From Octopus sinensis (taxonomy: Eukaryota): a stretch of DNA of 64,000 nucleotides. Both the position numbers and the translations under genes were made by a program. Below are positions 37,507-50,300 of this stretch, one piece after another; the stretch's first letter is position 1; each line of letters begins with the position of its first letter. Location of the stretch: the NCBI RefSeq assembly GCF_006345805.1, contig NC_043007.1:53444001-53508000 (forward strand), written 5' to 3'. The notes beneath the pieces were generated by a model. It was not told where the DNA came from, did no database searches, and worked only from the letters and a program-made list of their open reading frames with translations.

Positions 37507-40269
37507 TGACCAACAACAGCAACAACAACATTAACATTGAAAAATACCATAGGAATGAGAACCCAGGTTCAAAATTTTCCCAAGACCAGCCGAAATGTTG
37601 TGTTAACAACAAACAAGATGAGGACAAATATCCGTCAGATGTAAATAATGTACATAATTCCTTGTCTTAAATATAGAACTATAGTTCCTTCTTGATTAAC
37701 TCAAAAGAAAATAATGCCTTGACAGATAAAGTGATAGGAGAATTTTTTGTTTAATTTGCATTTGAGTCAAGGGAAGTAACTTGTCTTCACATTTAGGTAT
37801 GAATCTCCTGTAGAAGTTGATGATTCCAAAGAAATGATGGTGTTGGTGTAAAGAAGTGGGAGCAGAGATGCATTAAATTGCATTGACTTTGGAGGAGAGA
37901 GGTCGGATACCATTAGAGTCGATATAATGACCTAGGAATTCCAGAGAGGTCTGTCCGAAAATATACTTATCAGGGTTGATTTGCACATTGTAGGTGCTAA
38001 GACGCTGAAAAAGTTGAGATAAGTGTTGGAAGTGATTTTCATGTGTGTCACTAACTATGAACAAATGATCGACGTAAGTGAACACACAATCAAGTCCATG
38101 GACAACTTCGTCAATAGACCTCTGGAATGTACTTGTTGCATTCCACAAACCGAAGTTCATAAACAGGAGCTCGAAACTTCTAAAGGGGATGGTAACGGCA
38201 GTTTTTGGAATGTCGTCAGAGTTCATCAGAATTTGATGATAAGCCTGGAGGAGGTCAACCTTGGAAAAAATAGTACAACCATGCAAGTTTGAAAAAAAAT
38301 CCTGGAGATTCCTTATCAGGTAGTGATTGGGAACAGTGACCACATTTAAACATCTGTAATCCCGGATGAAAATTTGAATCCCCTTTCCATGCCAAATGAA
38401 GAGGAGATGCCCAAGGGCTGGTGGAGGGGCGAATAATGCCGAGTTGAAGCATATGCTCAAACTCAGATTCAGCCGATCAGGGGCGAGTTGCCGTGGGTGC
38501 GAAAAAAACAGGCGGTCCAGAAGTAGTGATATAATGTGAGTCGAGTTTGTGACTTAGACTGATTTGAAAGTCAGATCTACCAGCTCTGGGAGAGAAGCCA
38601 AAAAAGAGTGGAACTGATCTCCAGCAATGGCAACAAAAAATGATGGGCTAAAAATAGCATTAGTAGTAACCCGAGCTGGCGTAAACAAAGATGTAAAATC
38701 GTCTATGAGTCTCTGTCATCTGACATCTACTAATAAGTGAAAGTGGTTTAAGAAGTCTGCACCCAGAATGGTGTATGGTAAATCTGCTATAACAAGAACC
38801 CACCTAAAATCCCTTCACAGGTTGAGATCTAATTTTAATGAGACCTGACTGTAAGTTTTTATTGGAGATAGATTCACTGCATGTAAGTCAATGGCAGATT
38901 GCTTCAGCTTGTCTGAAGTAAGACACAAAGGCCAAATAGAACAGCTGGATCCAGTGTCAACCATGAATGATTCACTAGACACATTATCCTTAACAAAAAA
39001 ATGTGTGATAAGATGAAAAATTGTGGGAAGAAATTGATGTGCCCAAATCTTCCACAACTAGTTTCCCAACAACTTGAACGAACAGGGCTAGATACATCAA
39101 TGGACTTTGTCCTTAAATCTGGCATGGTAACAGGAGAGATTGGAAATCGTTGGAGCAGAACTAGATGACCATGCCTTAGAATGGCTTCTGCTGTGAGGAC
39201 AATGAGGGCTGGTGTGTCCATGCAACATGTTAATGCATCGACTCTCTCCAAAGTGTCATGTGACGAGGTAGGAGACTCTGTTGTAGTAGAGGAAGCTACT
39301 ATGGGGTCCAAACAGGTATGGCGAGGTGTCCACTATGGTGGCTATCTGATCGAGCAAACTGGAGTCGACCATTATGGCCAGTATCAATTGGTCATTTGGC
39401 AGTAGACGAGAGAAAAACAATTTCCTTAGCAGAGGATTGTCCTCAAGTGGAATGTCGCTGATTTCTTGCAATCGACAAAGAAACTCTGATGGTGTCCTAT
39501 CTCCCAGGTGTTCATCCTGCATCAGTGTCCGGAATTTACTCTCTGCGAATTTTGTGTTCCGACAGAGAACCTTGGATTTGATGGACATGTAAGCTGCATC
39601 CGGATGTGGGTCAGTAATGAGATCTTTCACTGAGCATGCAAGAGGTGAAGGCATTTCACAGTACAAAAGGTTCAGTTGCAGTTGGTGAGGCACAGCATGG
39701 GCAGAAAAATATGCATCCAATTGAGCAAACCAAAGTGTGACATCACCAGAGTATGCGGGCAAGCTGGGAAGACTCATCTTTTACAGAGGAAAGAAAAGAA
39801 AAAGGAAAAAATATGGGAATGTACAAAACTCTCACAGAGAAAAGGACCAAAAAACTGACAAAAGTGTTGTTGGAATATTAAACATGTGTGCAGAACAAAA
39901 TTTTCTTAGCAAAAGTTTTAATTTTTTTTGTACTGTGTACAGAAACGAAAAAAAAAATTTTCATTTTCATTTTTTTTTTCGTTAGTTACCAAAGCTGTGT
40001 TACAATCTGCTGAAAAAAATATTTGTTCCGTTTTTTTTTTTCAAGATGGTGTCAGGAATTGGCGGGCGAATTGGTGGTTTTCTGTTTCTGATAACATGTG
40101 AGGTGTTGGAACATGGCAGTAAATGGGAATGATGGCTGTAGGCTTCAACCGGAAAAATTGTGGAAATGAAATGGCGAGAAACAATATAGTCATTACAAGT
40201 TTACCAGCTGATTCCTAGCAATTTTCGTCATTTCTCAAAATAGTGTCGTTTGTTTACTTCGTCTATGGA

Positions 40270-41590
40270 ACGTGGTACCTCAGGAGAAAACGAGCAGGAG
40301 GCGAATTTGCAGTTCTTCTCTTCTGTTCATTTGTGTGTATAAGCTTGTACCACTTTTCTGTTTTGAGGTAGAGCAAACACATGAACATAGAAAGACACAG
40401 GGTACAGCACAGAGAAGTGACTGTCTAGTGAAAATATCTACAACATTCAACAACTGGAAGATAAGGTGTGAAGTCATCCACATGTGAAATTGTAACGATG
40501 GCGAAACTTTCATATTCAAAATCAGGCTGTGAAGTTGATGGCCAGCTTGCTTGAAATTTGTCCTCTCATTGCTGCATTCAGAAACTAAGTTCTTTGTTTG
40601 GGTGAGCCATTTTAACAAGGATAGAAGCTTTCAGCTGCTGAAAATCCTTTTAGACTGGGGTCACCATTTTATAATGGAAGGAAGGTTTTTATGATACTTT
40701 TGGGGTTCTGTTGATTCAAGGCTGGAAATATGAAGAATGAAGTTCTCAGGCAGAGTAAATTCAATAACCGCTTATTTACAGGTGCTTCATACAAGGGGTT
40801 TGCTTTCAGTAAACATCTTCACAGCAGTGCGTAGTTAGTCTTCTCACCCATACACATGAGGTTCAATAACCTCTGGAGACAATGCATATGGTATCACAGC
40901 AGGACAAATGTCCGCCGTGAGCTCCCGGCCTCGGAATTTTGCTCGCATCAGCATGAAAAGAATGTGAGGGAAAATGTTGTTGTCTTTTCCTTAAATAATG
41001 GTTGCAGGTGAGATCTCATTTTTGTCTTGCGTATGGCAATGGTTGTAGGCAAGATCCCGCTGATTCAAAATGGTGCTGGCTTCTTTGTACCTCACTACAC
41101 ACTCTTCACCTGGGAAAGACTTTGTATTTGCAAGCATCTGTCTATCTTGTTGCCTGGTGAGGAGGTAATCAATCTGGTAATGTTATTATCAGTCCGAATA
41201 TGCTTGAGGTACGTTCAAACTGGTGGACAAGCTACTCATAGTGTTTTGTCACAGAAAATATATCCCGTTTGTTAATAAATGGTGTGTATACACCTATATC
41301 AGCTACAACAGAGTTCTCAATGATCTTCCGAAAACCAACAACTCTCTAGAAGGGTGGCACCATACCTTCAGTAGAAGAGTTAATGTCCATCACCATAACT
41401 TATCCAAATTAATTGAGAAGCTTAGGGTAGCACAATCACACACCAAAATGGTAATAGAACAAACGACATCAGGGGTTGAAGTGGCAAGGAGAAGCAAAAA
41501 GTACATTCGCCTTACGGAAATACTTAAAACCATTATTCTTAATTACAATGGGCTGGAATTTTTAAGAGCATGTGCCCATAATTGTATGTG
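40270..41590 (+). mobile_element. MULE/Mutator-like transposase relic
   Basis: ORF 41223-41591 contains NRVLNDLPKTNNSLEGWHHTF...NLSKLIEKL, typical of the MULE transposase C-terminus; upstream is heavily decayed; TIRs not found. Confidence 0.55.
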
Positions 41591-42029
41591 ATACCTTTGT
41601 TTCTGTTTGTAAGACTTAAATGACGATGATGATGATGATGATTCTAACTTTAAAAATTAATAGGACTGTCTATGTACTATGTGGAGAAAGTTTCCCTACA
41701 TATTTCTGCACACAAATTTAGCTAGTATCACATTATTTTCTTTCTTTATCCTTAATGAAGCTCTTATAATGTATATTGATCTCATTAGGCATTTACTTTG
41801 GCTTACATTATGAATAGGGTTTTCAGAAACATTTGCCCCTATCCAGTTGGTGAAATCTAGTTTATGCTCCAATCTGGCCTGCAAAGACAACAGTAGATAC
41901 ATATATTGGTATTTTTCTACATAATAAGTTAATCTGCCAACTTTTTATTCCAGATTGAAGGTAACAGGTGGAACAGACTGTCAACACACCCTACTAAACA
42001 CTGCCTGTCACAGCTGACTAGTTTGCAAA

Positions 42030-42830
42030 ATGCAGTTGGGACGTGAAGACAATTTGGAAGCTTGCTATGCAATAAGCTTTTGAGTTAACTGGACAAAAAA
42101 TGCTACAGAAACTTATGAAATGCTCCAGACTGCTAATGGATTAACTTGTATGAGCCAAGCATCTGTTTTCCACTATGCTAGGACAAGAGGTTCATGGAAA
42201 GTAGAGAGGAGGTATGAGACAATGAAAGTTTTGGGAGAAAATTGGCAATTTTCTGCATGAAGACTGTCATGTGTCTATAAAGACAATAAGCATAGAGTTT
42301 GAAGGTGGTGTGGTAACTGTACATAGAATTATTCATGAAGACCTGAACAGGCACAAAATTTGTGCAAACCCAAGGTATTCAGTGACAAACACAAAAGACA
42401 CATTGGTAACAGCAGTGAGACGGTTGAGCCTTCAATCCAAGAGTACTTGAGTCTCTTGTGACCTTTGACAAAAGCTAGACCTACTGTTATGATCAAGGAC
42501 ACCAAGAAACAGAGTGCCAAATGTAAGTATCCTAGCTCTTCCAAACACAAGAAGGCCAGGTAAAGCAAGTCCACGATGATTCCCTTTTACTGGATGCCTT
42601 CAGTCCAGATGGTCAACAAACAGTACTTTGTGGAAGTTTTGAGGGAGTTCAAGAAGCGATTTTATCACAAAAGGCCAGAGCTCTTTAACTCAGGTCAGGA
42701 AAATGCAACAGTCCTCAATTCCATCCTGATACTTGACAGAGATGAGCATCAAAACTGTCCCTCACTCTATGGTCCAGAACTTGCTCCCTGTGACTTTTTA
42801 TTGCTCCCTAAGGTGAAGAGGAAGGAGGCT
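42030..42830 (+). mobile_element. mariner relic
   Basis: NATETYEMLQTA, VNKQYFVEVL, Y.PELAPCDFLL motifs with deletions. Confidence 0.7.
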
Positions 42831-42884
42831 GTGGCAATGATCCTGGGTATGTGTACAGTATTGTGTGTTTATATGTATATATTC

Positions 42885-43243
42885 TTTTATTCTTTTACTT
42901 GTTTCAGTCATTTGATTGCAGCCATGCTGGAGAATCGCCTTTAGTTGAACAAATAAGCCTAGTACTTATTGTATCAGTCTCTTTTGCTGAACCCCTAAGT
43001 TACAGGGACATAAACGCACCAGCATCGGCTGTCAAGCGATGGTGGAGAACAAACATAGACACACAAATATACATATATATGATGGGCTTCTTTCAGTTTC
43101 CATCTACCAAATCCACTCACAAGGATTTGGTCAGCCCGAGGTTATAGTAGAAGACACTTGCCCAAGGTGCTATGCAGTGGGACTGAACCCAGAACCATGT
43201 GGTTGGGAAGCAAGGTTCTTACCACACAGCCAGTCCTGTACCT
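42885..43243 (-). mobile_element. tRNA-derived SINE (second family), longer copy
   Basis: tRNA head matching 17448-17612, followed by a CORE-like ...GATACAATAAGTAC... body and A-rich tail. Confidence 0.8.
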
Positions 43244-43244
43244 A

Positions 43245-43282
<38 letters not shown>

Positions 43283-43489
43283 TATTTGAGACAAAACCAC
43301 TATTTTGCAAAACAAACAAGGAAAGACTTAATCAATACATAAAATTTAATAAATAGTCAAATAATTGTCTCAAATAATATTTTATAATATTTTACTATAA
43401 ATTGGATTTAATCCTAAATCTGATTTTTTTTCCCTGTAAATTTGGATATATTCCCTAATATTTATTATTTATATATATATATATATATA

Positions 43490-43790
43490 ACGGATAGAAA
43501 AACTGGGCATAAGACGCATCATATGTGGTGTGCAAGAGAAACGAATACACAGGTATGGTCATGTGATACATATGGATGATGACAACTGTGTAAAGAAGAG
43601 CTGATCTCTAACTGTGGAGGGAACCTGTGGAAAAAGTAGATTCAGGAAGACATGGGATGAGGTGATGAAGCATGATCTTCGAATGTTGGGCCTCATGGAG
43701 GTAGTGACAAGTAACCAAGACCTTTGGCGATATGCTGTGCTTGAGAAAACTCATTAAGCCATGTGAAATCATAGTTGTCGCTGACTGACT
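43490..43790 (+). mobile_element. RTE LINE 3' ORF fragment, old
   Basis: Homologous to 2720-3000 (YGHV..MDDDNCVKK, KHDLRMLGL). Confidence 0.7.
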
Positions 43791-44879
43791 CCATCTTTTT
43801 CTAATGAGCTCCATATCAACTGATTTTTGTTTATTTTATGTAGGATACCAAATTTTGAAGCAGAGTTCAAATTACAATTTTCAACAAATGTAGTTGTTTT
43901 TACTAATATATGTGTATGTGTACTTATACATATATACACATGTGTATACAAACACATATATATAAGCATATATAACAAGTTTACTTAGCAATTGCAAATG
44001 TCCACCACTGCATGGCATCTTAATTAAATGTCACTTTCTATAGCCTTGGGGTTGACCCATACATTGTAAGTAAAATTGGGTTGCCAGTAACTCTATAGAG
44101 GCCTGTTGAGTAGGTTGCACCAGTTATCGAAAATGAACAGCCTTGTCACACATTTTGTGTCATACTGACTCCATCTGAAAATAATATTAAGAGTGGATGA
44201 TTCAGTTAATCAAATAGCTGAAACCTCATTTCCAAGAAACAGAAATCCACCATATGTCATCATCATCATGTTGTCTGCTTTCTATGCTGTTGTATGGTTC
44301 AAGCTGATCTTATGGTCAGAAAAAAACACATTCCAATATCTCCATTTTTCGCATGATCTCTATGGCTGGATAACATTCCAAACATCAACCATTGTACAGA
44401 ATGTACAGTAGGGTGCTGCAAAAAAGGTACCTAGTTTACCATTCAATCTGTGAAAGAAATATTTTATTACCAAGAGAAGTAATAGCTGCCTGAACTTTCT
44501 CCTGTTCTTATTCTGGTTACTATACTTTCTGAATATCTGCCTCCACTACTAATTCAGTCATCTAAGCTGTCAACTACTTCTATGAATCCTTCCAAACATT
44601 TGAGAGAATCTATTTCTTGTGTACTCTTAGTATTTATTGCTCCTGTACATCAGCCACATAGCCTATCTGATTTTTTTTAGCTAAAATGTCTATGATTCCA
44701 CTGCACTACTTGTGTGTCCAGAGTTTTCACTCAATACACTGTATGGAATTCCTACTTCTTACCTACATACCGAACAAGGCCATTTGCTTGATAGAAGCTA
44801 AATAAATTTGAGGTATTTTCATTCCGTTCTTGCTTATATACCTGAAATTTTTTCTCTAATTGTACTACAATATTCAGTT

Positions 44880-45330
44880 GTAAGAACATGGACATCAGCA
44901 AATAGGAATTACCACAGAACTCATGAACTCATCTGTTAAGACCTGGAGGGCTATGATAAATAAAAGGGGACTGTTGGACCCTTACATGCTCACTAAATTT
45001 GTCATTGTACCCATTGCTGGCTCTAACAAGCCATTTGTCATTGTACCCATTGCTGGCTCTAACAAGCCATTTGTCAATCCCTCCTTGCTCAACAATCATC
45101 AGATCACAGAGTGAGGTATCCTGTTGAAGGCTTTCTCGAACTTGATGAGTGTTAGATATACATGCTTACTCTTAGGTAACCTAGGTAAGCACTTTTCACC
45201 AGGACTTTAGCCGTAGTACTTCTTGGCACGAAACCAAACTGCATCTCAACTTGGCTAACTCTCTTCCTAATCAACAGAACTATAATTTTCCATATCTTTC
45301 ATGACCTAGTTCAGCAATTTATTATCTCTA
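44880..45330 (-). mobile_element. Old RTE RT fragment with a ~33-bp tandem duplication near 44995-45070
   Basis: Minus strand FVPR.TT, EKAFNRIPHSVI, GIDKWLVRA. Confidence 0.55.
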
Positions 45331-45679
45331 CAGTTACCTTTCTCTAAGGTGGTGGTGATAATGATGATGATGAAACATGTTGATCAATTGAGATTCTCCA
45401 ACCTATGTCACAAACCTCCTCATATACGGTCGTATTCCTACAGGAGAAATTGTATTCACCTCAATAGATGTCATTGATTGGTTGAAATTGCCGAAATGCA
45501 AGAAATTAAACAACAAATAGATTACAAACTACAGAATTTTCTCAAGAAAAAGATGTTTTATGTAACACATTCTACCAGTATACGAAGTTTAAATGTGTTT
45601 AGTTACAAAGAAATTATTTTAAAAATCTGCCGGTCAAAGCGAAAAGATCCATACATTCATATTAAAGCAGTTAAGTTAA

Positions 45680-46057
45680 AGTCTGGTTATAAACTGATTA
45701 ATGGTTTCGCATCCACGAAGCCGTAACATTGTGGACAGTTGATCAGATTAATCTAACTCATCTCTCGGAACGTTGTTACCGTCAATTAGTCAAAAAGTCA
45801 TCAGAGGATAAAAGTTCCGGCGTTGGTAAGCACAGGTTATCTCCCCTAGACGAGCCAATTTGAGGAATAGGGATCAATCTCTTGGCTTGCTAACAGATCG
45901 TACGAATTCTGATGAGCTTAATTCTCTGATGACCTTTCGGCCAACTGACCGTAACAACTTCCCATCTCCGAGCGATGAAGAGTTAAATTTGAATTTGTAT
46001 AGAGTCTGATGAGTCAAAGTTGCGGCTTTCATGGATGCGAAACTCTATGACCAGACT
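45680..46057. mobile_element. TTAA-flanked MITE with AG...CT termini (Kolobok-like), 378 bp
   Basis: TTAA at 45676-45679 and 46058-46061. Imperfect ~40-bp TIRs AGTCTGGT(T/C)ATA...TTTCGCATCCA(C/T)G(A)AAGCCG(T/C)AAC. Confidence 0.6.
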
Positions 46058-47052
46058 TTAATGCTTTAATAGTTTACTGCTCTATACTTTAGAGTGTGCT
46101 TCTTATTCGGATATATGATACATTGACAATCAGTATATATATTCATATATAATCCATACTCTACTATTGACCACGACTATAAAAATCTGCAAGATCTTAA
46201 GATTTAAAGGACGATAGTTAAAACAAGATGCTTGCCTTCACAACCAAGCAGGTAGTTGGTCAAAATTTATTCGAAATTAAAAAGAGGAGAAAAACACACT
46301 TGCTTGCATGCAGGCATGAACACTGCAGCTGTATAATTTAGATCAATTTCAGAAAATAATGTTCAAGAAATGTCCAGCCAACACTAATACCATGTGATTA
46401 AATTATTTGAAACAAACAAACAAGAACGAACATCATTAACAACACTGCCAACTACTTGACTAGCCTAAAATAGAGTAGTTTCTTGATACCTGTCACAAAA
46501 ATCGTGTGTCACAGCAATATGACAATAGAATGATAGTAACATCGATCACCAAAGTAGTCTATCCTTGACTAACAATCACGATATTAGCTCTCACTTTGAA
46601 GGATATGCTTTTGCAATAAACGAACAGGAAATAACAAAATACATGATGCACAAAAGGTACAGAGATGTAGATAAACCGCCTCGATAACAAGTGCATTGAG
46701 AATTTTACTCACATTATAAGTTACAGCCCCAAAATTTCCTCACCTACTTATGGAACATAATGTCATAGCTAGAACCATGTCGTTTCTAACATGTGGAGCG
46801 TCCACATTTAAGTTACCCTCATTTCGTCTGCTGGTTGGAAAAGTATAAACGTATGCGTAAATGAACGGACGACTATAAAAACACCCGTAATGTTAGTATG
46901 GAGGCATAATGTGGGTAGGTATTCGAAAAGCTGGATGAGCAAGGGGAAGATTTAAAGAAATAGAATGTTGAAACAATTTCCCCCATAATCTTAATTTCCA
47001 TGTTTTTCTACAGTGCTCTGCAAAAAGTTTTCGAAAAAGTGAAAAACAAAGA

Positions 47053-47521
47053 GGGGCTAATGCAGATTCGCACCTCCCCTTGAAAAATGCATTTTTCTGA
47101 AAATGTTTATTCGGATTACTAGGTTTTTTACATGTCGGAGATGACGAATATGCTAAAAAAAAAAACAAATTTCCAAATTTTAACCCCCACCCCATCTTTA
47201 AACGTATTGTATATTGAAGTGTGGAAATTTCATTAAAGCAGGTATGTAAAGTGTACTTTCTATGTTCATTTGGCTAAAATGTAGAAATTGTTGTTTCGAT
47301 ATTGTTAAAATCCCCGTATTTTTCCATGTTACATACCTGCTTTAATGAAATTTCCACACTTTAATAAACAATTAAAAGTGAGTGGTGAGGTTAAAATGTT
47401 TGAAAAAAAAAATTTTTCTCCTTGCATATTCGTAATCTACAACATGTAAAACCTAGGAATTCGAACAAACTTTTTTTTAAAAATGCATTTTCAAGAGGAG
47501 GTGCGAATCTGCATTAGCCCC
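47053..47521. mobile_element. Foldback/MITE with ~200-bp inverted arms
   Basis: GGGGCTAATGCAGATTCGCACCTC (47053) is mirrored at 47498-47521; AAGTGTGGAAATTTCATTAAAGCAGGTATGTAA (47218) is mirrored at 47329-47361. No clear TSD. Confidence 0.8.
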
Positions 47522-47670
47522 CAAATACAATTGAGCTAAAATTTTGAAAAATTGTGGGCAATCTAATATTGCTTTTTTTTTTTTTTCTTTTTCATCTTCA
47601 GTGAGCCACTTCAACAAGATTGAGGACTACTTGAGGGGCGGTCGAAAGACCACATTAGCAATTAATATTT

Positions 47671-47875
47671 GGAGCGGCAGAAACGTTAAGCACGCCGGAC
47701 AAAATGTTTAGCAGTATTTCGTCTGTCTTTACGTTCTGAGATTCAAATTCCGCCGAGGTCGACTTTGCCTTTCATCCTTTCGGGGGTCGATAAATTCAGT
47801 ACCTGTTGCGTACTGAAATCGATCTAATCGACTGACCCTCTCCCCCAAAATTTCTGGCCTAGAGTAGAAAATAAT
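47671..47875 (+). mobile_element. tRNA-derived CORE-type SINE (family of 8247)
   Basis: Near-identical head and core to 8255-8400. Confidence 0.85.
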
Positions 47876-47879
47876 ATTT

Positions 47880-48020
47880 GGATCGGCAGTTATCGGCCTT
47901 CGCTAGTTATTGTTAATGCATTGTGGGAACCGGTGGTTGTTAGAGGTGTGTACTTCCGGCTACTTTTCTTCTTGATTTGTTAATATATTCTAATGGTTTT
48001 GCATCCCGAAGACATCTGAA
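47880..48020 (+). promoter_or_regulatory. ACTR2 proximal promoter / 5' UTR
   Basis: CpG-enriched, ETS-type ACTTCCGG at 47952-47959, directly upstream of the ATG. Confidence 0.5.
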
Positions 48021-48068
48021 ATGGACAACAAAGGACGCTCAGTGATAGTTTGTGATAATGGCACGGGG
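48021..48068 (+). CDS. ACTR2: Actin-related protein 2, coding exon 1; exon 2 not found, so presumably beyond the window
   Basis: ATG...GGC ACG GGG|GTAAGT encodes MDNKGRSVIVCDNGTG, matching the Arp2 N-terminus (human MDSQGRKVVVCDNGTG), with a phase-0 donor after codon 16. No FVKCGYAG exon seen downstream. Confidence 0.9.
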
Positions 48069-50109
48069 GTAAGTTTATGTAATTTTTCGATGACTATTTT
48101 CGAAATTGGTATTCTTCGATTGGTGAAATACTGTTGTCATCCCGGAAGATTGCGACGCGTAAAATGTCTCGTCATGACAGTCTGGGTGTTGGCTGTTACT
48201 TTATTTAACTTGAACCTTCCACTATATTAAAACTGAATTTCATATCAATAACTCTGCATTCAGAGAGTTTTAAAGGATGTTTTTTAAAATGCATTTAAAT
48301 ACTTTAAATCCATTTCATCTTTTGCCTTAAGCAGGTTATGTCGTTTACGGATGTTGTGATTGTTCAGCTGGAAAACGACAGCTTTCTAAATAGTCCGCTT
48401 TTTCATGTTATATTATTCTTTAAAGGAGTAATAGAAATATTCTTTTGCGGGAAATCGTTTTGAATCGTAAATCATTTAACAATTTTTAAATTTAATTGCA
48501 CCACGTTCTCTTAGACATACAGCATTTAAACCAGTAAAAAGTTATTTTCATAAGTAGCAAAATCCCAGAAATGACCTGTTTTACTGTCATGCATTTTCTA
48601 CTTCAATGATGTACAAATCTGTGCGTTTTTTTTTTTTTTTATATTTCATTCACCAACTTCGCCAAAAATCAAAATTGTATCATTTGTATGGAAACAAAAC
48701 TTAACAAACTGAACGCTTCATTGTCTTTTCGTGTTCAAGAGTGAGGTACTTTTAGGGGAGTGTTCATTCTAACAGATTTAGAGATGTTTAGGCGATCGCC
48801 AATGTTTATCTTGCACTAAAAATATTAATATTATCACAGTCTTTTATAATTTTCGTTATTAGAAATAGGTAAACTATTCATCTCTGCGAGTTATCTTTAA
48901 TTAAATTTAACAATTTTATTGTTTGTAACTCTAAAGTAATGTCAGATACCAAAACACTAGTACATTCCAAACGTTTTCTTTTTTTTTTTTTTCAAATGTT
49001 TTCGAAACAATGAAAACGTAAAATTTTATTTTATGAGATAAGTTTAATAAATATCTGCAAATTTTACTTATTCAAGTGAGATGCCCTTCCCAATCCTAAC
49101 AGGATACAAATTGATAACAAAACAATACGGCGCTTTTTTAACACCCCTCCTCCCACACACAAAGAGAGAGATGTAGAAATGCAGATAAATGCGATTAGGC
49201 TTGTCACATATATATACACATTGATACATATATTTACATTTATTCAGAAAGAAAAACATACAGGATAGAGAGCAGAATGATTAAGATTTACTACATTTTT
49301 AACTTTTGAGAAAATATATATTTACACAAATGTTCTTACAAAAACAATATCGGCTAAACAAAGGACGTTCTCTAAATGCATTAAAATCACTATAACTTAT
49401 TCAGAACGCTATTTCAGAAAATTTTCAGTTATATGCATGCATATAAAAGATAAATTTAGCTGGGGAAAAACGGGTAAGCCGAGATACGGTAAATTTGCCA
49501 CTTCAATTCTCCAGAATTACATTTGACTTATACTCAACATCCATCCTTAGACATCTGAAAGATCAGCAATGAAACAAAAATTTTCAATATCTAGGCCAAA
49601 TGAAAGAGATTCATGGAAAAATGACACATGATATGAAATGAACAAAACTCGACCAAATCTAGAAACTCAACATAAAATATTCTCTATTCCTTCTTCAGGA
49701 TCTGCTGGAGTGGCTATTTATGCACTATGCAGTTAAAATGAAAAAAATTGTTCGTCATTACTCATTTTGCCCCAGTTTTTTAAAAAATTGTATGCTTTTG
49801 AAAATTATCAAATTACACATTAGTGTGGGGGAAAATTTATATGGAATCCAAAATAGAAAAGGATATTGATTGTCAAACACCAAAAATTATCAACATCTTT
49901 TTTTAGCAACCTCAATTATGATCAGGTCAATGTTGTGGAAAAATTTGTCACTGTTTCGAACTCTTTCAGTTTCAACAACTCTGCTGACCAATTTTTACTC
50001 CCAAACATGATGCAATGGTATAAAATGACAGTACAATACTTCCAATGTAACGAAAATAGTAAAAAATCAGAAATTATTCATTCTACTCCACCCACTATAT
50101 TGTTCATTT

Positions 50110-50300
50110 TGTGTTTTAGTCATTAGACTGAAGCCATGCTGGAGCACCACCACCTTAAAGTTAGTGCAACAAATCAACCCCAGTAGGTTTTTTTTTAACA
50201 CTTGGTACTTATTCTACCACTCTTTTTGCCAAGCTGCTAAGTTACAGGGATGTAAACACATCATCAGCAATTGTCAAGCGATGGTAGGGGACAAACTATG
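50110..50300 (-). mobile_element. SINE 3' fragment (second family)
   Basis: Matches 42900-43050. Confidence 0.6.

Larger units (their letters stand above)
36334..37679 (-). mobile_element. Penelope-like element 1, 5'-truncated, with inverted pseudo-LTRs, inserted in Gypsy
   Basis: RT C-terminus (TSVYCKPT, YLNFNSHHP) at 37150-37370; GIY-YIG ORF 36609-36965 (NCVYSILCSCGRSYKGKT, R..EH). 36334-36634 and 37379-37679 are inverted copies. Possible TSD TA(T/G)TTCCTTCTT at 36323 and 37682. Confidence 0.9.
34690..39990 (-). mobile_element. Ty3/Gypsy LTR retrotransposon internal region, decayed, no LTR pair found
   Basis: Order gag (39256-39777, LWFAQLDAYF) - protease (MVDTGS) - RT (SPWASP, DYRCLN, FSKVDL, MNFGL, YVDH) - RNase H (YSTFDHEILA, TDHKPL) - integrase (H..H..WP, WPEAIP, ADRGRQF, YHPASNGMVE). 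Confidence 0.92.

Noticed and set aside
39985-40260. Possible PBS (TGGTAAC, minus) and 5' LTR of the Gypsy element
   Set aside because: No matching second LTR at the 3' end, so the boundaries cannot be supported.
45999-46057. Hammerhead-like CUGAUGA (46006) ... GAAA (46039) with a 7-bp stem III
   Set aside because: Stem I is absent (the GUC and CUGAUGA share one C), stem II is poor, and the sequence is explained as a MITE TIR.
46735-46830. Possible minus-strand first exon of a gene divergent from ACTR2 (ATGAGG|GTAACT)
   Set aside because: Only a start codon and a weak donor; no further exons or recognisable peptide.
48310-49740. Acceptor-like sites at ~48334 and ~49699 as ACTR2 exon 2
   Set aside because: The downstream sequence does not encode the expected FVKCGYAG-type peptide in any frame.
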